The position numbers and the translations under genes were made by a program. Of a stretch of DNA of 45,448 nt, positions 37,027 through 45,448 are shown one piece after another. Each line of letters opens with the position of its first letter. The first letter of the stretch is position 1. The DNA is taken from contig JYFJ02003169.1 in NCBI GenBank assembly GCA_000934665.2, positions 1 through 45,448 of the forward strand. The letters are read 5' to 3'. This stretch comes from Catajapyx aquilonaris (lineage: Eukaryota). The notes beneath the pieces are model-generated. The model saw only the letters and a list, made by a program, of their open reading frames with translations. It was not told the DNA's origin and ran no database searches.

Positions 37027-37602
37027 GTCAAGATCCTGTTCGATGAGGCTGATGCGGAGAGCCTACGGAATCTGGGAGCCTTGCTCGAAGGAAGAGACAG
37101 CTTGGAGGAATGCCTTCAGTCGGCAATTAATGAAGATTACTCCTGCCTAAGCGACACTTGGCTTATCCTCCATGCGGCCTACGATTTCTTAGACATGGCG
37201 GGAGACATTCCATTCTCTCGAATAGACGACCCTACAACAAAGTTATATGGCGTCATAATGTTTCCAAAGCATGCCGTTCTTATCCCACGTTTCGATTCCT
37301 TGCTTCTTCGAATGGAGGCAGGCGGATTGATTGAATATTACTTGGAGTATTCATATTACATTCCCTACACAGAGAAGGTCAATGAAGCCCGAGTGAGAGG
37401 CCACTTGTTGGAAGTACCTTCCTTGGCCTTGAATATTAACCAGACGAAAGGCTTGTTTTACGGATTAATTTTGGGTTGCGGTCTGATTGCCTTACCCTCA
37501 TTCATTATTGAGAAGATTGTTGTCGCTTGGAGAGAAATAAGAGGTGTCGCTGACAAGCCCATACCAATCAGTGTCCCAGAATTTCATGCAAGTCAATTAT
37601 AG
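37027..37602 (+). CDS. Ionotropic receptor (variant iGluR) 3' exon/fragment: S2 lobe + final TM helix
   Basis: SLEECLQSAINEDYS...FPKHAVLIPRFDSLLLRMEAGGLIEYY...ALNINQTKGLFYGLILGCGLIALPSFIIE is a typical IR C-terminus. The frame is open to the stop at 37602, with AATAAA at ~37647. Possible acceptor tcaag|ATC at 37033. No upstream IR exons are in the window. Confidence 0.8.
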   Translation, partial: VKILFDEADAESLRNLGALLEGRDSLEECLQSAINEDYSCLSDTWLILHAAYDFLDMAGDIPFSRIDDPTTKLYGVIMFPKHAVLIPRFDSLLLRMEAGGLIEYYLEYSYYIPYTEKVNEARVRGHLLEVPSLALNINQTKGLFYGLILGCGLIALPSFIIEKIVVAWREIRGVADKPIPISVPEFHASQL

Positions 37603-37777
37603 CCATGAACTGTAATCGCACATTGAGCTTATTAATCCTCACTAATAATAAATGACAAATTTAAATTGATGTTTGAATTAAAACAGATAAGTCACGGTTC
37701 CACTCCTTTTGGTCACTACTTTCTGTTACCTGTAACATCTGTAACATCTGTAACCTAAATGAAACTGTTTTTAACTC

Positions 37778-38624
37778 ACCTTCACATGACCGTAACAGGG
37801 TACAGTACACTGCAATCAGTTTCTTGCTAATTTGCATAAAGAGCACCATTTCTTGGAGGATACACCTGCCGTCAGTTCTTCTGAGATTTTCGCGACGGAT
37901 GACCCGCGTTTACCATATAGCGGCAAATAGTAGTATAGAATTTTCCATCCCCAAGTATCTGGTGGTGGAGGTTTGATGTCTTGATCTATAGACAATGCTT
38001 TCACATTAGATTTTGTGGTGTATGTAGCTCGCTTCACATTCTGGCATAGTGTACGAGTATTTTCAGTGGGCAGTATACCGTCCACTTTGAAAACAACGCA
38101 TCTACAGTCATTGACACTGTTGATATGTGGTGGATATGAGGTGGATATCTGCTTCTTCATGCCATATACGGCATATAGGCTAAGGGTAAAATACCGGCTG
38201 CATGAAACTCTGCTTCACATAAAATAAGTTTGTCTCAGGTGTGCACGCAATCGCCTTTCCTTCGTACTGTTCACATGTAATCGGTGTTGCCAAGAGGTGA
38301 AATAGCTGCTTTTTGTTCACATCTCCTCGTAGCAGTTCATTGCAATTCCTCAGAATTGTTGGGAATTGCTTCACTCGGATCTTAGGGTGGAAGCATTGTC
38401 TACAGATCAAGAAGTCAAACCTATATACACCACCAGATCCTTGGGAATGGAAAAATCTAGACGGCTACGTGCTGCTATGGTAAACTCAGGTCAACCATTC
38501 CAGATGTCGCGAAAATCTCAGAAGAACTGATGGCAGATGGACCCGGCCAGAAACGATGCTCTTTATGCAAATTCGAAAGAATCTGATCGCAGTCTACTCT
38601 ACCCTGTTACGCGCATGTGAAGGT
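37778..38624. mobile_element. Old non-autonomous DNA element with ~230-bp imperfect TIRs
   Basis: 37778-38010 matches the reverse complement of 38380-38624 (e.g. TTTGCATAAAGAGCA, TCAGTTCTTCTGAGATTTTCGCGAC, TCTTGATCT.TAGACAATGCTT); visibly diverged. Confidence 0.75.
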
Positions 38625-39626
38625 CAATGTTCAACTGAGAAATAATGTTTACAAATTTAATGGTTCTGATTATATTACCAAGGGGTGGAATGAGGTGCTC
38701 GGACTAATATTTTGAAAACTAAACAGCGTATTTTGGAGAAACTCAGGGAAATCACACACTATCTTTCCTAAATGCACATTAGCTGTAATTAATTCCATGT
38801 TTAGTGTCTGTGTAAACTAACATCATGCTGTACCCCTTTTCAAAGAGTTGATTACAATGAAACATGCGTACAGTAGAATCGAGACCGTAAATTTTTTTCG
38901 TTAACTTCATTTGGTTCCAAACAAAATTCTGGGACTATTGCAACTGAATGAAAAGACCACGGTTGCCTTACTTGCTTTTATATTATCCCTTCTCCCAAGT
39001 CCAAGCAGATGTTACAGAGATGCATACCGTATGAAAACATTTGTATACGGTACCGTATATCGATTGCCGAATCATATCACCCGCCCATAAATTATGATAC
39101 GCCTTCTTTTAATTCCACGTGTGTCAACGAATGCGCTGCGCCAAAAGGATTTTACGAAAGACAGCAATCAATACAATGATATTCAAAGTAAACAAAGTAA
39201 GCTGCGCAGTCATCGATTATTTTCTCCAGTTAACTTATCGGTTAACGTTAACCAAGTCATGCTCAGCCCACTGCAGGATTAGAAACCATACAGCTCAGCG
39301 GTTATAATCAAAGGGCACTAATATGGTCAAGATAATTAGGGAGTAAAATTGGATTCAACTAAAATCATGCTCAAATATGCCTTTCATTTCCTTAGGTCGA
39401 TTCCTTTTGTTCGCTTAAATTGACCGTGGAATTTCAAGAGGAATGCATTATGATGTGAATAAGGGCTCGTCCGTTATATATTACCATGCAAGTAATGGTT
39501 ACGGGAATGCAAAGGGCCCAAATTCCAAAGCATTTTGGTCGGTCTTAGAAAGACTAGATGTCTTTTTAGTTGCCATTTTTCTCTGCCGTTTGCCACAACG
39601 CAATTGTTGCGATCACTCCGCAGACA

Positions 39627-41827
39627 ATGTTTTTTCTCCTGAGCACCCTTTTCGTCCTGCTGTCCCCCGTTTCCCTCCAAATCCGCCTTGGAGATGAGGG
39701 TGACAACGCGACACTTGAGCGAGAGATCCTCCTTCTGGAGGCCATCCAGACCCAGCTGGACAGCACCTGCCTGACAGTCCTGGCCCACGACTACTCCCGT
39801 CTGCCCAACCAACTGGCTCGCTTGGTGGACAGGCCCATCAGTCCAGATGACCAACACTTGACTCTTCACATCAGACTCGGGCCACAGGAAGACTCCACCA
39901 CCACAGAGGTCATAGTTGAAGATCCGGCAGTCAACCACACCTCACCAGTCACATACTGGTTCGACTGGCTGCATCTTCCCAGTGCCACGCATCACTCCAA
40001 CTGCGCCTTGTTCGTCTTCTTCCTCCGTCACCAGAACTTGGAGTCACTGATCCAGACCACTGCAGCCAGTGTCCTCCTCAACACCCGTCTGCACCACGTC
40101 GTCTTCTTCTCCAGGGATGGAGGGGTGGAGGAGATACTTCTGCACCCACACTCGAGGATACTCGGGTGAGTGAATACTACATAATTACACAGTGTAGAAG
40201 CCACAGCAATGCAGAATTGTATTACACTTCACACATGATTTAAAATGAAGCATAAAATAAATTATCATTCGTGCACGTGTTGCAAATTGGTATCCAGAAT
40301 GAGAGGCAAATTAATTGCTGAGGAATGTATTTTAAAATAGTATAACTACGAGGGTTGGATTTCAAATAGTGTCAATCCTTTTCCCTTTCAACACGGAAAC
40401 TGGTTGTGGCTTGTTCGCAAGAAGCGAGATCCAGACAGGTGCGTGTGGCTTGTTCGTGTCAAATTTGGACCCTATTGTGCTACGGGTGACGGTGACAGAG
40501 TAGTTCAAAGGGGCCGCATCCTAAGCCATGCCATCGAAGTTAGAAGAGCGCTCTCTGGTTGCAGATCGAGGTGGCGAGGCAGGGCTGTCAATGTTCAGTA
40601 CTATCGGTCTATCGCGAATAATTATCATCTCTTGATAGTAGGGAAGGTGCTCCAGTGTTTCTTATTATTGCCAACGAAGCAATAATTCTCTCACTGGAGC
40701 TGCGACATGCGACCAGTATATGTATTAAAATCAGTGGTTTTAGCATTGACATTTATGATAAATACCGGTACTCTACCTGAATCTGTAAGTGTCCGCAGGA
40801 GTAAGTTAACAGCGTCACATTTTATCCGTCCAAATTTACATAAGGTTCATCGTTTATTCATCAAGAGAATTGTTTTTTTTTGTCCATAGAGTGACACCAG
40901 TGCCATCATTGCCTGATGAAATAAAATGTGTAATTATGAGTCACTGAACAATGTAAATGCATATCATAATTACTTCTTTTCCTTGACTTGCAGCAAGAAG
41001 ATGGTGGTGGACATGGAGACCTCGGCACGTTGGTCAGTCTGCTTCTTCTGCGACCACGGACAAGAAAAAATCGTCCAGATCGAGTCAAATAGTATCAGGC
41101 TTCGGGATCTGTTCCCCGACTTCACTGCTGACTTACACGGGAAGACTATTGTCGGAACTTACGTACTGCATGACGTAGAAACAGATAATGAAGTTGTAAA
41201 GAAAATGTTTCAAGATCGGAAGTTTCTTACCATCTTGGACTTTTTATTACGCGACTTGACTACTGCCATGAACTTCAAGGCACAGATTGATATGGTGGAT
41301 GCGACTCTACCTTCCCAAGAGAAAATGGATGACGGAACGTGGATTGGACTCACGGGAACCATTCTCAGTGGGAAAGCAGATTTTGTGCCTGCGTCAATCA
41401 GCTTCACGGCACCACTTGAAGTCACTGAATACGGATATCCTTATTACCAAACTTTTGCAACGTTTCTCACCCGCATGCCCCGAATCCTGTACTCCTGGGA
41501 CGTGATAATCCGACCGTACACCTACGGAATGTGGCTCCTGATCGCCATCTCCTGCATCATCGGAAGCCTCTTCCTCTGGCTTCTCCTCCTGGTCACCACC
41601 AAGAAGGTCACCTCCCCCTTCCCCAAGCCCTCCCCTCCCCTCTTCCCTTACTCCCTGACCTATGTCCTCCTGACCCTGATCGAGGAGAACCCAAACCTTG
41701 TCCCCAGGTCACACTCTGTCAGGATGTTCCTCTCTCTCTGGTGGACATTCGCAGTGGTCATCACCTGTGGATACACGGCCAAGCTCATCGGGTTCCTGGT
41801 CAACCCAGTCCATGAGGACCTACCAAG
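39627..41827 (+). CDS. Divergent ionotropic receptor (IR), first two coding exons; 3' exon(s) not seen downstream in window
   Basis: Exon 39627-40165 (signal MFFLLSTLFVLLSPVSLQ; GG|gtgag) joins in phase 2 to exon 40994-41827 (AG|gtat). Motifs: DGTWIGLTGTILSGKADF (S1), IIRPYTYGMWL + TM1, pore loop YVLLTLIEE, SVRMFLSLWWTFAVVITCGYTAKLIGFL (SYTANL variant). Confidence 0.9.
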
Positions 41828-43147
41828 GTATAATCAATTTTAAGTTGTTCATTAATTGCACATTTGCATTGAACGTATGTTCACTTTCAAAATGTTTTCT
41901 GACTATTAAACTCTCATGTACGGTACCTTTATTACAATTGGATCCTAGCCTTCATTTTGAAGCCCTATTTTTAAAATCGTCAGCAATTTAAAATGAATTT
42001 AGGTCCATTTTAAATAAAAAAATATTATTTTTGGAGCTATGGCCATATAAATTATACCCGTGTCCAGGTTTTTCCACCTTCGTCCCTTAATTCATTTCTC
42101 TCCACCACGTGGCGTTTAAGAGAATTTGTCGCTTCTTCGAGTTCCAAAATCTGAGACGGTCGAGCCATTACCTTCTCCCCGTTTTGACATAGAATGACAC
42201 CCNCCCCCCCCCCCCACCGGTTTTTGACAGGACCTTTGCACACTGGCACGTTTCCTTAATCCCTCGAACTATTTCATATACTATTATCTCTTCTTTTTTG
42301 ACGGCAAATTTGAATTCTCCAGTTGTCATTAACCTATATTTCCATAAAATATTTTCCCAGAGCGTTTATAATTATGCACAAAGTTACATCGTTAAAATAA
42401 AAAGAGTGGAGGTCTTTATCATTACTATAGACGTAGTGAGCCCAATTTGGTATGCAGATATAGGTTATCGACAACGATAAATTCAATTTTGCTATCAAAA
42501 GTGTGTAAAAAATTATATTTGAAATAGTTGATAGGATTTAAAAAATGGGCCAGTAGAGCCAAGTGAGTAGAGCTAGGATTACAGTGATAAGGAAGTACCC
42601 TGAGGGAAACGTGACGAGTGCCGTGCGGTCTATTTGTCGTCCAACCATTATGCCTACTGAAAAATCCCGTCCGAAAACGGGTCGGGAAGTCCAATATCTG
42701 CGACGAAAACGGCCTTGAAAGTTCCCATGTAGGGGTAAATTACTGATGTCAAGTTGGCGGACCACTTCAATGTACCAGGGCAACTGACGGTGCCGTTCGA
42801 TAGGGCTTCCAATGTACCCAATGTACCTCGAATATTATCCATTGTACCCTCACCGTTCCCGAGAAAATCGACTTCGAAACCACGAATCCACATCGAAACC
42901 TATCACATCCTTAGAAACCATATCATGGGTTTCAGTGATTTTTATTTTTCCATTACAATGTACACACATCTGTGGCAATTTGGAGGATGTAAAAGGGATG
43001 GCACAAAATGGTATACAAGACAAAAGATAATTAAAGAGACCGGTCATTGCAGCGTTCACTTGGTGTGGGCATTTCTTTTTCAAAAGTTCAAATGAAAAGG
43101 CACATTTTTTTGTAACTCTTATATTGTTATCAGCATATCTTATTTCT

Positions 43148-43470
43148 GCCACCTTATAGGTAGCCTAGCAACGCTATTCCTCTTTAAAAATATTGTCGGG
43201 CGCGTGCGCTGCATAATTTTCCCAGCAGACGCCTGGACAATGAATTTTTTTCTGGGCTTCGGAGAGGACGAATGCCGCTGGCACGAATCTCTGGCTGAAA
43301 GTGGTGAACCCAACTTTCGTGACCCTTCAACTTCATACCTTTGCTTCATACCGACTTCATACCGAAGCAACATCTCTTGACGTGCGTGAAAGAGACGGTG
43401 CATGAGTGGCTGTCGACGCGCACGACAAATATTTTTTAAAGAGGAATAGACTTGCCACCTATAAGGTGGC
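43148..43470. repeat. Imperfect ~55-bp inverted repeats just 3' of the transposase
   Basis: GCCACCTTATAGGT.GC...CTATTCCTCTTTAAAAA.TATT.GTCG.GCGCGT at 43148 and its reverse complement ending at 43470. May be a nested MITE or a subterminal structure. Confidence 0.65.
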
Positions 43471-43526
43471 GTAAGTGTATTGAAGAAGGGGCCAGTTACG
43501 TCTAGATTGTGTACACAATCTAATTA

Positions 43527-45448
43527 TTAGATCGTGTACACAATCATGCGAAGGTGCACACGACGTGATGGACGCACAGCTTCGACTTTGGCCTTCATGT
43601 CATCTACTTCCTGCCATCTTCCATCTCGGCGCCTACAGTAGGCTTTGAAGTGCCCGCTGATTTCTTCTATTACTCCTCTTAAATAAAACCTGCAATGATT
43701 TCAAATTACAATGAGGGGCGGGGAACATTTCTCGTTTATAATTAGCTCTTGAGCCATACCTCCTGGTGACGAATACATCCAGAAGAATTTTCTGCAGTCG
43801 GACAACGACTGGTGTATCCACTGCTAGATGTTGCTCTGAGCCCTCCACATGGCTTCTTCCGATGTTCAGGAAGAGCACAACTGGCACCTGCGGTGTCAAA
43901 GACACAGCACCGTTGCAAACGGGACCACTTCTGATAAATGTAATAAACCTCAAGTTATAAGCGTCGGCTACCCAAGTGATGTGAGAGGTCAACTGCAAGC
44001 ACAGGCTTACCGTGAAACTTGCTGGTCAGATGTATAGAAACATTGTTCAGGAAGGGTACTGCCTGCAGGAAAAGGTCTTCCGCAGAACTCTGCCGTTCTC
44101 TGGGATAATTCCGTTTGGACCATACTGGGCAACTCTTGCAGATCTTTTTCCATGTTTACTTCCACGCTGACTGTGTATGTCTGACTGAGACTTCTTCTGT
44201 CAGGACAGGTGTCATGCTGACAGTCACGTTGCCACTGAATAGGTAGATCAGTGACAAGACGGACCATTTCATCAACAGTAATGAAACCTGTCAAATTGAT
44301 TAGACGAGAATGTGAAAGTTGATCAGTAGTTATATACACTTCACCACTGCATCAGTACATTGGTTTCCATGAAATACTTACAGTCAAAGACGATTAAATC
44401 ACCTCTCTCGCCTCCGCCCTCACAACGCCTTCTGTTGCTGAGCCTGGACTCCACAATAACGGCTCTATCCTTATAGGCCTTTGTTACATTCCCACTCTCG
44501 CAAAAGCTCCGCACCATCGCAAGTATTGGTGCAGCAGGGCCAGTCTTAAGGAATTCCTCACTTTCTCGCAAAATGGAACTGTCCAAGTAGGAAATGGAGA
44601 GGAGGGAAAATATAGCATCGAAACTGCAAGAGTTTTTAATACTGAGTCTGCGGTTCCCAGGAAAACGAACCGGATGCAAAAGATTTCCGTTTTTTAGAAT
44701 TTTCATCACTGCTGCAGAAGGAGAGGTCCAATCACTGTTAGCTGAAAAATATGATCCTTTTGATGTAGTGGTCCCTCTGTTTTTCCCTCTCCAATTTTCT
44801 TCAGCCGTCGTGTCTCCTAGCACAGTACTGCTGCTGGTGTGGACAGCCGAGTCTTCTGGGGTGGACTGCACGACAGAAGAAGTTCCAGTCATGCATTTCA
44901 AGCATGTGACTTTCTGCCCGTAGCCTTCTTCTCCTTCAGGAGTTCCGCATATCAGGTGAACACGTCTGTGGCATACTCTGCATTCGTGTCCACCTCCACA
45001 AGGCATGGAACACACGAAACACACTCCTTCTGCAGCGTCAGGGGCTTCAGTGTCATCCACAAACGCACTTGTCATCTGCGAGTTCGTCGGTCCATGCTGT
45101 GAATCTGTGAAGGCTTCTGCTGAGTCAGATATTTCTGAAGCGCCATTCACAATATGACTTGTCGTCTGTGAGTTCGTCGGTTCATGATGTGAATCTGGCA
45201 CATCAGTAGAGGCCGATGCTGCTTGTAATTTCAGTAGACCATCTAAACATCTATGGAATGTGCTTAAAAATATATCCGGGGATGTAGGCAGCTTAGTGTC
45301 GGCAAACACCTTGCTCTTAAGGAAGCCATGGTGGTTTTCGACATGGCTATTACCAAGAGCTAATAACTGAGAGCCTCCGAGTGCCCTATCCCTGCCGTAT
45401 TGCTTGGTTCCCGAACCTCTCCGCGGAACTGGCGACTCCCCAGACGGG
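43527..45448 (-). CDS. MULE/NOF-FB-like transposase, 3' part: end of DDE domain + PHD-like Zn finger + USP-like peptidase domain
   Basis: Frame is open from the window edge. Exons >45448-44382, 44287-44011, 43930-43760 and 43689-43527(TAA) are all GT-AG and phase-consistent. Motifs: NSHVENHHGFLKSKVF (MULE-type catalytic E), CFVC...CRVCHRRVHLICG...EEGYGQKVTCLKC, ILKNGN...KNSCSFDAI (Cys box) and FYLRGVIEEISGHFKAYCRRRDGRWQEVDD...MIVY (His box). Confidence 0.8.

Larger units (their letters stand above)
41950..45448 (-). mobile_element. Large DNA transposon inserted antisense downstream of the IR exon-2 donor (left boundary uncertain)
   Basis: Contains the transposase above. The matching terminus would lie beyond the window, so TIR and TSD cannot be defined. 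Confidence 0.5.

Noticed and set aside
37816..38410. ORFs inside the long-TIR element as a transposase
   Set aside because: Short, partly within the TIRs, and no DDE or DNA-binding motifs recognised.

Overview
AT-rich, intron-containing eukaryotic DNA, almost certainly arthropod (divergent ionotropic receptors, an arthropod-type PVF, many ~55-nt introns). Splicing exons by hand gives six coding units: (1) a 5'-truncated tektin (tektin-2/B1-like) gene on + at 2196-12277; (2) a convergent two-exon PDGF/VEGF-family ligand on - at 12734-14848, lacking one canonical Cys and ending in an 11-Arg tail; (3) a ~33-exon, ~2,000-aa secreted protein on - at 25183-34297, with EAR/EPTP-like propellers at both ends of a long 'V/I-N-G-x-D-L' beta-repeat shaft (Closca/Polehole-like); (4) an orphan 3' exon of an ionotropic receptor (IR) at ~37027-37602; (5) the first two coding exons of an IR at 39627-41827; (6) a spliced MULE/NOF-FB-like transposase on - from the window end to 43527, with a PHD-like finger and an apparently intact USP-like cysteine-protease domain. 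Non-coding DNA is crowded with non-autonomous elements: a Helitron, a Helentron/HINE-like element with central tandem repeats and a 226-bp-arm palindrome, Tc1/mariner, hAT, P-like and CMC-like MITEs, tRNA-derived SINEs and microsatellites. Family assignments come from motif recognition only; no searches were run. Two single 'n' bases next to G/C homopolymers (36043, 42203) may be assembly joins.
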